The notes beneath the pieces were generated by a model that made no database searches, was not told the DNA's origin, and was given only the letters and a program-made list of their open reading frames with translations. From Trichoplax adhaerens (lineage: Eukaryota > Animalia > Placozoa), in the NCBI RefSeq assembly GCF_000150275.1, contig NW_002060946.1, forward strand, positions 5,351,454 to 5,415,453: DNA of 64,000 nt, written 5' to 3'. The translations under genes and the position numbers were made by a program. This document shows, one piece after another, positions 13,016 through 27,311 of this stretch. Position 1 is the first letter of the stretch, and each line of letters begins with the position of its first letter.

Positions 13016-16000
13016 CCATTCGCCCACATCTATTGTATAGGAATTAATCTGGTTCATTTCATTAATATTACTAAGCGCAATGTCGGGAATAAATTATTAA
13101 AAACACCTACCGTGATGTTAATATCTTAGATAAATAGCCTGAATAGTAGCAACAATAAATAGTAATGACAATGGCTATACGTGATAGAATTCGAGAATAT
13201 CTTTCATTTTTTGTCCTAGGACAGTTTATCAATGTATAATTCAGGATAAAATATAGTGAATACGATTGCCTGTATTTATTAATTATAAAATTCAATCATA
13301 CCTTTTGTGTAATTACTGATTATCATTAAAAATTAAATTGGATAAGGTAAAAAAGAAAAGAGGACATTTTAATTCCTTATTAAACAATCACTACTACAAT
13401 AAAGCAACGAACAATTGATACAATTTATGATTATTAATTTATATATTAGGTTAAGGCCAACAAAATACGATAACAGCTGACTAAAAATTACAGTAATTTT
13501 GTATGAACAATATCATAATAAAAATTTTATAACATCACAATTGAAGGATACAGTAGCTTGATGACGGTATTTATCATGTCATAAGATATATTTCTTATTG
13601 TAGTTATGACAGCGATGGAAAGTTTTACAGAAACACGTACCGAAATTATGATGTAAATGGTTTACAGCAGTCTAGGAAATGATATTACTAGCACCCGTCA
13701 TATCTTTATTCATAATTGTAATCTAAAATTTGTCAATTTTTCTCATCTCTTCCTTTACGTTAGCCATTTGAAATGACGAAAGTATATGAATAGACACATT
13801 TTCTTCACCTTGTGTACAAAGATAAATAATTTTAAAAAAATATTACACTTTGTTTACACTTGTTGTATCGTGAAAATGTTTTATTTGCTAAGTTTATTTA
13901 CTGGTAAAGCAACTGTGTAAATTAAAGTAATGGGAAATCTTTAGCATGAATAAAATAAAAATCTGTTTGTCGCCAAATTGTCTACTAGATTAAATTGATT
14001 CCCGTAGCTTAGAATTAAGTACACTAACAGCAGATTGGAATTGGTGAATGAATTAATATTCATATTGATCTCTTTAGTATGTTAATACACGTATTATATT
14101 ACATTACTATTTATACCATATGCAACAAGGTTGACATTGTTGACTAATTAAAGGAATAGAAAGCGCTACTCAGTGAGTTTGGTAATAACCTTAGCCCATC
14201 ACATAAAACAATTTAATTTCGTGTTAGCTTTAAGTTTAAGGCAAAGCTTTAAAGGTTGTTCCATTTTATTCTATGAAGATATGTATAGCTAGTATGAGCT
14301 ATCATGCTTTATAAGCTTATTAAAAAAATCACGAGTACTACATCAATTTTTAAGTCGCATAATTTTCACTGCAGTAAATGTTTTATTATACTATAACCGA
14401 ATTGGTTATAAAATGGAATCATATCGAATTATTAATCATAGGAGTCGGTTTTCTACATGAAGAAAGAATATAAACTTAATCACTAACCTTTAGCATACAG
14501 TAATGTTACCCATTCATTAATTTACCAATAATCTTACTCCTCAATTGGTGACATTCACCATGACATTAAGTTAAAAGATCTGCTACTAGTTAAGTATTTA
14601 ATCTTGTTTTTATAGCACAGGTAAGTATGGAGTATGATCCACAAAATTTTACAAAATTGTATTTTCCTTCCGTATTAAACATAAATTATATACAATCTAT
14701 TGCATCATCTAGGAGATCGGGACTAGTATAATTTTAGAAACCAAAAACCTTACGTCAGTATTGCTTGCTTATCAGCGTATATTTATTGTGACTATACGAT
14801 ATGGTAATTTATTAAATACTTTATCATTTAGAATAATTGATTCGAATTCTTATTCGGCACACTTACTTCAACTATTGATAAATGACATCAATAAGGAAGT
14901 ACCGTTATGATACAGGGAAGTATAATAGTTGAAAATATAACATACGTTAAAGCTATAGAATAGAACTGATAAATTAGTTTATTTTCATTTATCATTCAAA
15001 GAAAATTAATTTACGAGAATGTTTAATGTACATTACATTGTACTTGTATGATTATTAATATAATCAGAACTTAAAAGGTTTATGCTTGGACTGTTAAAAA
15101 AATTGTCGATAATATTGAATTGAAAATCACTTTTCAGTAGTCCTAGCTCTCGTGTGGATAATTTAAGCGTCAAGGGTCAAAGTAATGGGTTCATGTCACG
15201 TAAATGAGAAAATCTAGGATTGCCAATGGTATTGCATCATAAGTTTAACTAAGTTTATTCAAGATCTGGCTTGCGTTATTATTTTATGACCTTTACTTTT
15301 TAAAAATTGTACAGAAATATTTAGAGTACTTTAGCTGCTAGCTTGATTCAATTTATTTCTGTAGCTACATTATCTAATTTGATATTAATAATGTTGGTCA
15401 ATTACCTTTACTTATTAATTATGGGCAAAGAAACCCTTTACGTTCACTTTGTAAACTAGATGATGCAACATAGGTTCTCATTACAACAACTTCTTTATGG
15501 TAAAACAAAACGCTTTTTAACAAAGTCCATAGTTCAAGAATTAACTACTGACCTAGCCATTTGGTGGTGAACTGAAGCTTTATCTTAAAAAGTAAAGTAC
15601 CTCAGTCTACATCATCAAGCTTTAGCCACTTAGTTGGGGGCTTTAACTAAGACCAGGAAACCTCGAATTAAAATCGCTCAATGGATTTTTCTCGTTATCC
15701 CAAATTGCAGGTCTGTAAGCAATTCGTAGTACTCATTTACTTCTATAAATATCAATTTCCACATAAGCTCTACGTTAATTCATTTATAATATGCATTTTA
15801 AGAGTGTTGACTCAGGCTGGAATATATCTTCATTTTCCTGGTTTAGCATAGCCAGCAGGTGTCCTGGAAGGAATATTATATTATGTGACTTCTGTTGAAG
15901 CTTTATCCGTGAAAAATTCTTTTACGTAATATTTTTGCATACTTAACATGCAATTGAATTTCCTCTTATAAATTAATATAGTAATTGCCGGAAGTTAATA

Positions 16001-19000
16001 TCAAATAGCTAAGTCTTGTTATGACTATAAATACCGTGCATCATTTTTTATTATATTGATCTAACATCAATAGCTAGCCTATTGGATCATGGCTTTATTG
16101 TGAATATCTTTATAAATTAAATCAATCAAAAGATGTTAGAGACATTTAGACTCGACTCTTCATCAATTATGTAATAGCTTTATTGCCTTTCGATTCATTT
16201 ACTAAATTAATTAATAGCTCCAATCACCATATACTACATACTAGTGATTAATAGTCTACGAGATAATGCAATTTTAATCTGAATAATTAATATAATTTTA
16301 CTAGCTCAAATACTATCAAGGTTTAATTTACGCAACAGCATTCCTAATACCATTGCTCAGCAATTCACAATCTAGGTACTGTATTTAATTGCCAGAGTAC
16401 CTTACTATATAGCAGATAATTAAATAAGCTCTCTAGAACCTATAGAATTTGTCGTGTATTACCTCTTGCAAATCAATAATATTCTAGTTATGCGAATTAT
16501 AGTTTTAGAGCATCTATTAAAGAGGTTATGACAGCCGTCATTGTTTCCTTTGTATGCATAATTATAATTTCTTTACGCGTTAAAACTTGTACTTGTGTTG
16601 AGATGAATATGAAATAGTCGTACTTAATTATTATAACTAAATTCTCCTTCAAAGTTAGCAATATAATTTAGCATAGAAATTTCTCTTCATATACTGTGTA
16701 ATATGTCATAATGGTGGTAATTGTTGATCTGATATCTGAAGTAGATATCTGGGACTATACTGTATTTTCTATTAAATTCGGATTTATCTCGTAGTAATCC
16801 TAATAAAATTAGCAGTTTTATCTAATAGCTACAGTGTATAAGTATGGTACGTTAATATTAATTTACTAATTATACATTATCTTCATAGTAATTCTGCTAC
16901 AACCAATAATTTATTTTAAAGCCAGACCATGTAAATTATCTTCATTATCATTTCTACCTTATAGTAATTCTAGTAAAAGTAGCTACTTTATTATAAATAG
17001 TCGTTTTACAGCGATATACCTAGATTTTCTTTATCATTACCTTTATGGCTATGGTATGTAATTCTAGTAACATTAGTTATTTCACTATAGTTGGTCTTTA
17101 TTTGTAGCTATCTACGTCATTAAGGTATCTGAATATTAGATATTGTATCATTTTATAAAAAGATATTATTGGACTAAGATTCTATTAGAATTTTCTTTTA
17201 AGCATGTGCTACATTTCTATCGCAGGAATATATGCATATTGCACTCATAATGTTGGTGTCGAGTATATTTTTTTGTAATAGACTAGAATATTTCAAGTCT
17301 TTTCTAGTTATTGACTGCATAATGCTATTTGTAACATTGTGGCTAGAGACCTCAAATCTATAAAATTTTATTCTATCAGCAATTTCTACTATAATACATT
17401 TTAGCCTACATTATCAATTAGTTCTGTAATTCAATATCGCAAGGTCGACTGCCTTTTAGAATTTCATTATTAGATAATACTCATAAATTACATACTACTG
17501 CTCATCTGAACGAGAATCGATAATAGGCACGAACAAATGTCGTAGATCAAAGCTATTATCGTATGCGTAGGGAGTGTAATGTATCTTAAGAAATTCTAAG
17601 AAAGATAATTCTAGTATAAATCTTTTAGACTAATGATATGATAATAGACTTTCATGTAAAATTCATTAATTTTTCATTACCTGCATGACCAAAGAATATT
17701 TGCATAGTCTGCTACCTGGATTATAGAATAGTGTGTAGTTGGTCCCTTTCAATCAGATAATCTTACTTTATTTTACTGTATCAGCGTATGCATGATAACT
17801 TTCAGAGAATGTCGATTAAACATTCCGCGAATTTGTTTATAAATGATGCGATTGTTATTGGCAATAAGAATAAAATTCACATTCTAAAGGCATTCATAGC
17901 TATATATCTCTTATCAAGATACTTTGTCAGTGTTTGCACTTAACATGCAGAATATTACAATGTTTAGTATGTCCATCATTAACCATTCTGCTGCCTACAT
18001 CCATATTTGCTGTTGAACTTGTACGGTGCTGCAGCAGTTTAATCTACAAGAACAGATGTACGATAACTAAATAAACAAAGGACTAGTGTAATCTTGGATC
18101 TATTGTAAGCCAATAAAGTTTTTTCAATCCATAAAGATATTTATGAGCCCGTCACTAAGGTGTAACTGTTCTATAGCGTAACCTTTGATATAATGAATTG
18201 TTACTGGAGGTAAAATAGTATTCAAATTAGAATGTCTTAAAAAATCTTATTCAATAATCAAGCAGATGTTAATATGGCATTTTAAACAATCAAATGCAAG
18301 CCGTACTTCCGTTACCATATTTTGTACATGAAAACAATATAACTCAGCAAGACTTAACGAACTAGCGATACTATGACATTAATATATACTATGTAGATAA
18401 TCATGGAACTTGTAGCAAGGTATTACAATGCAAAGTATAAATAGTTGTCAATGATGAATAAGTGCGAATATATTAGATTACAACGGCCTCTTTCAGCTTG
18501 CTTATTCAAATCACGGTAACGCACTTTAGGAACATTATCCCTAGAAGTATGCCCTGGCACGATATATGCACATGCGATCCACGAGCAAATTAATCATTAA
18601 AATCTATTTGAATGGATCTAATAATACCAGAGCATTACGATATAACCTAAAATTAGTGAAAGGTATAAATGCAGTTGGTAGGCGAGAAGTATAACGAGCG
18701 AGGAATCGACTAGTAGTTAATAATTGCAATAAATTACAAGATAGGTATACAGAACACATATCTATAGTACTGATGGCTTATATGCGAGCAATCATTGCAG
18801 GTTTCTAACGGATATTTTTCCAAATATTCAATAAAGGCCGTTTCTTAATCAGATTATTCGTATTTTAACCTTATAAAGCATCTCAAGTAATCTTACATTT
18901 GATTATATGCTAATCACGTGCATCGTTCCAAAGAAAGGGATCTTGCTAACACAAAGATCTCCTAGTAAAATATGATTCTTGTAAATTCTTGATTTTAGGA

Positions 19001-20110
19001 CAATAAACTTTTGTAACATTTGTATTACGAAATTGCTGATTGATAACCTTTGCGAACCTTTTTCTACAATCAATTAGGAGAACAAGCTCATAATATTTAT
19101 CTATCTTGTGCAATTGGATAGTTCACGCAATAGAGGTCAAGAATGTAGCAATAATTGTATAGTATCAAGATTTCATTGATATCATTGTCTTGGAAATGGT
19201 TCTTTGGTAGCAATTAGGCGCATTTATTGAAGTTTTAACTCAGATACCGTATGAAAAGTCGAAAATTCCCTTTAACTGCTATGAAAAAGTAGATTATTTG
19301 CAATAGACGCAATTGTACAATCCAACATGGCAATATAAGGCGAATCGCTAATGAAGGTACGATAGTTTCGGCAAGGATTATTGTGGCAATGTTTGCGTAC
19401 CGTATCATTAGCTGGAATGTTGTTTCAACAGCCTTATGCAGTGCTGTATTGAATATTAATGGCATATAGGTTCAGTAGGAGCTAAAGCGATACCAAATTA
19501 AAAGTGGCCAAATGTTCATAGATCCAACACCAATGACATCAACTTTATTAACAGTAAATGCGCGTTACTACTAATGCAATCCACCCTCAGATAAAATTGC
19601 AATAGTTCTAATACTTATTATATCTATTGTACCATGGACTCTGTCTAGTGGATAAACGTAAGATATTGGTCATCAAATTAAAGACCGTACTGGCCATGGA
19701 GGTTTTTTCTTACCTCTACAGTACTGAGTACTACTGACTACTAGTGAGTACTATTCAAGGTTCCAACTTCAATGACGTGAATTTGAATATTCTACGTACG
19801 CGTTTGTTGTGTTGCAATTTACCCTCAGGTGAAATTTGGAAAAGTCCTAAAGCTTATTGCAAATACTGTCAATTTATTCAACATCGGCTTCCATCGAACC
19901 CTAAGGCATGTAAGCTTGTTCTGTATTATTACCACAAGCAAATTGTGCAAGTCCTTTAATACTGTAGTTCATTTCCAGGTACAAAAATTGCACATACGCG
20001 TACAAGCGCTAAAACCTTTACTATTGAAACAATCCAGCGTCTATACTATCAGAGCATCGTACAGAATTAACCATAGACTACAGCGGTCAATTTAGTCGTC
20101 CATGGCACGG

Positions 20111-20990
20111 ATTACTGTCCATTCGCCATCCTAAATATCAAAACTACTTACACTATTTCGTTACCCCTTGGCTGCTAATACTTGAACTACTCCACCATAA
20201 GATCAAAATAGGCAACTCCGTCCGCCTCCCCTAGCTAAGGTCTGTCCGTACGTACAGCATTTTGGACATTTTAGGATGGTCTACACTAGAGTGGAGACCC
20301 TTTATAAGAGAAGGCCTGGGTCTCTAACACTGTAATATCAATCCCTATAATATCGAAATAGGCAATTCAGTCCGACTCCTCTAGCTAAGGTCTGTCCGTA
20401 CGTTCAGCAGTTTGGACATTTTAAGATGGTCTACACTAGAGTAGAAACCCTACGAAACCCTTTATTAGAGAAGGCCTGGGTCTCTAGTCTAACACTGTAA
20501 TATCAATCCCTATAATATCAAAATAGGCAACTCCGTCCGACTCCTCTAGCTAAGGTCTGTCCGTACGTACAGCAGTTTGGACATTTTAGGATGGTCTACA
20601 GCTAGAGGAGTCGGACGGAGTTGCCTATTTTGATATTATGGTGGAGTAGTTCAAGTATTAACAGTGAAGGGGTAACGAAATAGTGTAGGTAGTTTTGATA
20701 TTTAGGATGGCGAATGGACAGTAATGTACACTAGAGTAGAGATCCTTTATTAGAGAAGGCCTGGGGTCTCTAGTCTAACACTATAATATCAATCCCTATA
20801 ATATCCAAATAGGCATCTCAGTCCGACTCCTCTAGCTAACGTCTGTCCGTACGTACAGCAGTTTGGACATTTTAGGATGGCCTACAGTACAGTACTGTAC
20901 AGTACATACAGTAGACTAGAGTACGTACTGTAAAGACCCTTTATTAGAGAAGGCCAGAGTCTCTAGTCTACAGTACTGTACAGTACTGTA
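20111..20990. repeat. Tandem array (~150-166 bp x4) with an internal 125-bp inverted block
   Basis: Unit AAATAGGCA..GTCCGACTCCTCTAGCTAAGGTCTGTCCGTACGTACAGCAGTTTGGACATTTTAGGATGG at ~20206, 20356, 20521 and 20807. Positions 20601-20725 are the reverse complement of 20111-20235. Confidence 0.95.
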
Positions 20991-22408
20991 GCCCATGTCC
21001 GGGTACAGTGTACAGTGTAAAGTACTGCTAAAGTGGTCCGGCAGACCTTGACCGTACCGTACCGTGTGACACATACGGAAATCGTAGTAAAACTGCACCA
21101 CGCAATAACATAGGAAGGGACACCGGAGCGGTTTTCGTGCAAGATTAACTAGCAACTCTTGAACCTTTTCCATTGCATTCCGATCCATTTCTTGATTAAC
21201 TGAATGATCGTGCACTTGATTGGAAATGGTCTGATATACGAATCTTGCCACGGTAAGAATAGCTCTCGCTATCAGCCGGTTACATATTCTGGATAAAATT
21301 AAGACGAATCAAATGATCTATGCAAGCTTAGGAATAATTTTTCAGCTTGCAATTGTTAACCTTAATCTTACACTGATTTGATGCTGACGTGCTTTGCATG
21401 GACCTCATTCAATCCAGTCTCAAATTTGCCTCGGTTAGCTTACAGTAAATTAGGAATACGCGAAGCTCAGAAACGCGTTTTACTTCACTATCTTCTATAA
21501 ACAGTCGCGGTGTTCAACACGAGTAAACAGGAAGTATTTAAATGACTGGCAGCAATGGAATGCTGTCATATTTGTAGCGCAAGTGATACAATGTTAAAAT
21601 AAAAATAAAGAATGACTAGTACGGTTAGATAAGGTAGTTACTCGTATCTAGGATAATGTCCCTGGGTCTGCAAAAGTAGAAACTGTTTCCGAACTTGGCA
21701 GCATTGCTATCGGTCAAGAAGAAATCAGGGGCCTTTAGTCCTTAGGTCTGTTTGTGGACCATATAATTGAGAGCGGTACTGTATGTCTATCTGACATCGA
21801 TGAGGAACCGGGATGAATCATATTTCTCGCATAGCAGCACGTAGTTTCAACCGAGGCAGTATTATTGCACAGGATAGCATAGCAAATATTAATATACGGC
21901 CATATAAAGTCGATACTCTTTCTAAACTATGCAATCTGCTGTTTTGGAGTGCGGCGCAAATACTGTAATGGTAACTCCGTACGCTTAATTTGGTCTACGA
22001 TTCCTCAATTGTTTTTCAATATAGAAATTTTGCGAACCATGATTTAACAGTTAAGGATCACTTTATCGAAGTGTAAGTGTACCGCTCGTACAATTGCAAG
22101 TGACGATATTCATGCCGGTTGCCGATCCGATATCTAGTCGTTATTAAATCAACTGGATTGTTAAAGAAATTCGATAATATAAAAGGGAGAACTTCATGGT
22201 TAGGTCTGATACAGATGTTGCGTATTTTGATCACTATATTTTAAGGATGCTTCTTGAGTATGAATGCCAATACTACCTCGCTGATATTGCATACTCGAAT
22301 ACAGCGTACGAGAGAGCGCTTCCTATTTAGGCCTTTTGTATGTAATGCATTATTTTTATCTCCTCAATTTTGGGATAGGTAATATACTGTAAGAATCGTC
22401 CCTAAAGG

Positions 22409-25400
22409 ATGACTACGGAAATACTAGATGATATTGATCGAAAACTGTTTGGCTATGTAGCGGAATGGGCTTGCTCTCGTCGGTATTATTCTATTCTTCG
22501 AGGTATAGCACTGTATTGTATAGCAGAGAAAATTATTCTTGCAACTTACTTTACTCTTTACACGGTTTATATTGCAGTTGGCACTTAGTAAATGCACTGT
22601 ATTATCTCAGGCAATATCCGTTGATTAATTCTAGCGTATAAGTTATTATTACAGTTTAAAGCAAATGAATACCTGCAGTCCATTAAATAGATGATATAAA
22701 TCTACTGTAGTTATGATTGCTTAATAAAAGTAACCCTGTACAATTGTGCTGTTTTACGAATGTTTTCCTATCCCACCAGCAATCGTATCTAAACTAAATA
22801 CTCTGGTCGACAAGAATTTATTCTGTTATTCTTCTCCTAGTGCAAACACTAGTAAAAGAATATGAAATAAATGAACGAGTATGCTATTGTAAGGACCACT
22901 AGAATCCCTGGTACTGATTCTAGTAGTCCTTGATTATAATTATATCAGCGTACGAACCAATTAATACAACAACTTCCGTCTTTCGCTTCTTTACTAAATT
23001 CACTCCAAATACTACCTACAATATGAGTGGCAGTGCTTACTGAAACTGCTCTCATAATATATAATCAAGGTACCGCAACGACTGTTCTAACTTAACAGTA
23101 TCATTATACTATGTACAAGCCGTATAGGCATGTCCTATCTACAGTTTTAATCTGGAGCTTGACAAAGCGAAATAATTTTTATGTACTAACTCCAATAACA
23201 CAATACGAACACTGTAGTTATTTGTACAAGTTATAAGTGTATAATGGAACTAATAACTTTCAATTCATACCATAAGTATTAATTATTTTTCTCATGTCAA
23301 GTTTGCAGAATGTCATGATGTATAACTTTTGCTTAAAGAAGTATGAATAGTCTGTTGCATTATACATCATACAGGATTGCAGGAACATCATGGAAGTGCG
23401 AAATTTACTGTTAAAACTGAGCGATGGATGGCTTATAATTTATGGCGAATTGTTAGTAAAAGAGAGCTAGATAAGTATGTAGATGCCATTGAAATACTAC
23501 AACAGCTGCATTCAAAGTGGCCGAAATTAATCACCTTTGAAGAATATAGGAGAATCTTACTTGAAATGAAAACAAAGGTCGGTGTCATTAAGATTTATAT
23601 CTTATAAATGAATACATAAGAGCTTTCAAAGACCTAAATTAACTGCGGGTACTAGAAATATCTCCTGTTATAGAAATATTATCGATAGTCTAAGGATATT
23701 GTTTTAAATTAATTTCTTAGTAATTGTTGCTGATGCAAACAACCCGATGAATGCTACCATGTTGCGTAATTAAGATTCTATTTAGATCAAATTTGATATT
23801 TTATTCCTTTACTATTGATCATTATAGATACTTTGTATGAAACGTAGTCGCCTAAATAACACAATTAAAAATCTTTGATTTGATTAGTTTATACTCGATT
23901 GAATAATTATCATGTGTTATTATAAAGAGTAAACTATTTAATTAATTATGTATACTATTCATATGCCCCACCAATATTAGGCAATATTAAATTTGTTATC
24001 ATCGTGTAGCGATGACTTAAAGATTATTGATATGACTTGCAAAATGCTTCCGAGAAAACAAGAAGATAGAGAAGATTTGGTAAATATTATAACGTATTGT
24101 AAACGACCGGATTCATTATGGTTATCAATGCCTGCACCAATTCACTAGTGTGCAATTAAAATTTGCTTATACAATATAATAACCCGCAATCTAATTGATT
24201 TTAACCCCACTTGGATCACATTTCGTGTAGTCTGACGAAGAAGCCCAGGCACTTCACAAGGAGCAGTTATTAATCCGTCATAATATTATATGTATGATTA
24301 GTGAAAGTGAACTACGGAAAGATTTTTCTGAACACTTTAGAAACGTCATGAAAGACTGTCAAGAAAAGTTACCATTGGAACAGCTCGTAGAACAATACAC
24401 TGATAAAATTAACTCTGAGCTCGGAGAATGTGCATTAATTGAAAAGGTAACTATAACACTCAATTTTAAGTTTAGCAGGTATTTTCTAGAGTACAGTAGA
24501 TGCATCGTAGTAACACTTTCCTTTAATTTCCTACTAAAACTGCGAACTTTTTTTAATTTTACTATTAATTTAAAAGTTATGCGATATCAAAGGAGATGGT
24601 GAAGCGGAAAATTATGACCAGAGTATTAATGTTAGTAATAAGACTTGTTTATAACTCAAATGATTTTATGGATTATATGGTATTACATTGTTTTAATAAA
24701 TATATTTTAATTATTGTTTCGAGTGACTTAGTGAATTTCACTCTGCCCTTAAGCAAGGCAATATTGAGTCGAAATGCAATTTTTACTATTGTATTATCAG
24801 TTATAAAATTCTACTTTGCCGTTGCACAGCTGCTAATGATTATATCATTGGTAATATTAAACAAATAATAGGCTATTGTAAAGGGTCCGCTCACATCAGT
24901 TGCGATTGCATCTGAATCATCATCTACGGCAACGTTTATTACTACACCTAATGATAGAAAAAGTAACGAAGTTCTATCAAAGCGACAATTACTTACAAAT
25001 AAATCTGCTAGTATCGGGAATAGTAGAACGTCTAGTGTCTACGCCACTTTCTCAATTGACGATAAATCAAGTACACTGACTTTCGAGGACGATCGATTGG
25101 ATATGCTACAAGCTACAGACCTTACATCAGTATTTATGCCGACCACGGAAAACAAAGATGTAGTTGCATCCTCAGTTACAGATGAAAATGTGGCATGTTT
25201 ACAGGATCTACTTGCATGCTCCAGTACATATTCTGAGATGGAAGGCAGTAAAGCTATAGGTAAAGCGATGATTACTATGGCCACTCTATCAAAAGACCTA
25301 TCTGGTAATTCAAAAGACATTTCTATAGTCAAAACAGACGTAGCGGAACATGTGAAAGCTGATACTACCATTCCGTTAAATCTACCTCTGAAATCAAATA

Positions 25401-25846
25401 ATAATATTATAGTGAAAAAAGAGTCAACTAGCACCAAACAACCTCCAATATACATTATTGATTCATCTTCAGGGAATAGTTGTAACAATGATAAGAGAGA
25501 CACTCGTATTAGCGATTCCTTAGAGGTTATTGAACAACCGATTACAAGAACTACCACTAGCGATAATCGAGCGAAGTCAACTAGATCGAAACGTAAATCG
25601 AAAAGTGTACAAAACGAGGATAGTAGAGCTGACCTTATAGCAAGTAACATAAATATGATTAGCAAGGTTAAAAGCAGGAACAATCAACATCGCCAAGATA
25701 GCCCAGATTACGAAAATATGCAAGTGGTTGGCTACAGAATGCTAGAAAGTGGATCCTACGAATGCGTCCTGATTGGGAAGGATAAAAGAAGGTGCTCCGT
25801 AATATTCGAACAGTGCAACGTAGAAATAGCAAAGCAAAGTTTTTGA
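22409..25846 (+). CDS. TINF2_N (TIN2-like TRFH) domain protein with a long Ser/Thr-rich low-complexity C-terminal region
   Basis: Phase-consistent GT-AG exons 22409-22502, 23375-23577, 23981-24079, 24231-24446 and 24872-25846 (~528 aa; the 3' end is uncertain and may include an exon near 26428-26532). AYNLWRIVSKRELDKYVDAIEILQQLHSKWPKLITFEEYRRILLEMKTK|AILNLL aligns by eye with human TIN2 [55 protein letters not shown] (recalled sequence). Confidence 0.7.
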
Positions 25847-27144
25847 CGTATCTTTTGGCCATTGCTACACTAGCTCCCGATAGGAATATAAGAAAGAAGA
25901 CTACATCGTAAGAGCTTTCAGGTTCTATTATTAAGGGCAGAAATATTGCCATTGTGCGTAGTTCCAAGAGCTACAGTAATGGCACTTTGTGGTTAAGCAT
26001 GCCATTACCCAAGCTAAGATAACATTATTTGATAAAGTAATTTAGTAAAGGTTTGCATGTAAGATAAAAATTAACTGCAACTGCCGTACTTATCTTAATT
26101 AATTATTCAACCATTTGGACGAAAAATTTCCTTTGACTAATCACTATTGATATTAATACTATTCATTAACCGTTTTATCATCTTCATAACTGAGAGTTGT
26201 AAATTGATAGTCGTAACTAAGGCATTAAAAATGCTTGAAGTTCAATTAAATTTTCAGCCTGACAATTCAATGTTCGGGAAAGCAGTTCAGCTTAACCTAT
26301 AGTATCCTCGTTTTATAATCCTTTTCTATCTCTAAAGGCTTGTATACTTAATACAGCTGAGCAATGTAATAAAAAGAAACCATATCTATAATTGTTGGGT
26401 GTTGTATTAAAAGTCTTTTAATCAATAGCGAAGCAATACGATGAATGTATGAATTATGAGGAGTTCTTGCGATCATGGAAATCGAGCAACCTAAGAACTA
26501 TTACTATTCATAAAAACGATCAATACGAAGTGGTAAGGTCTTTGTTGAGCTAAATACCTGTAATTAGATCCAGCAAGCTATTGATTTAGTAAAATTATAT
26601 AGAATTGCAAATCATTGTGACTGACGCACATCTATAATGCTATTCAAATCTCACACAATGAAAACTATCAGATGGCTACCGACCATGAAAAGTTTTGAAT
26701 TTGTGCGTAACAAGTAATTAATTATAAATATTTGTTATGACGAAAACCTTTGCTTGACGTATAACTTTCGTGTAACCCAATACTACACTAACTGTAATAG
26801 ATTTCATCTCTTTTATCTAATAAATTAAATTACAGCTGGCGCATTGATGCTACATTGACAAATTTTTTAAATTGACCTCATAGATGTGTAGGGTAAATTG
26901 TTTTTCATATTTCGTACATTCATTTTTTGGGGGCGATGGATAAATTCATTACTCGAACGCAGAGGAAGTACTGTAACATTATCATAATTTTATTTCTATA
27001 AATGGTAACGATTATTTAATAGCGAAATAATCCTATTATAGCCAGTTAGTTTTATAATGCTCAAACATTAACGAGCTTATTTACTATCAGAGCCAATGTG
27101 ACTTTATTGTTCTTAGTAAATCATTAACAGCCTAATGTTCGAAA

Positions 27145-27220
27145 TTGAACTTTCAAGCATTACTATCCATTTAAGAAAGGTTTTTCGTAATGCTTTCATG
27201 CTTTAAGGCCAAGTTAACAA
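27145..27220 (-). promoter_or_regulatory. SECIS element in the GPx 3' UTR
   Basis: Minus strand reads AACTT..C ATGAA AGCATTAC G AAAAA CC(tttcttaaat)GG ATA GTAATGCT TGAA AGTT. It has the AUGAN/NGAN core, a perfect 8-bp helix II, unpaired apical As and an apical mini-stem. AATAAA follows at 27103-27108 (-). Confidence 0.92.
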
Positions 27221-27311
27221 ATGTTCAGAACAACGTAAGCAGTCTTTAGGCTATACCATCATTGGCAAAGTACTAGTGAATGGAAAAGCAAAATAAGTTG
27301 CATGGTGATCC

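Noticed and set aside
18800-20100. Coding-like or degenerate mobile-element sequence (short overlapping ORFs)
   Set aside because: Frequent stops in all frames and no recognisable transposase, RT or other domain.
21150-21800. Exon-like segments upstream of the TIN2-like gene
   Set aside because: In-frame stops and no consistent splice chain; may be UTR or decayed sequence.
25039-25683. 214-aa minus-strand ORF
   Set aside because: Antisense shadow of the large TIN2-like exon; no motifs.
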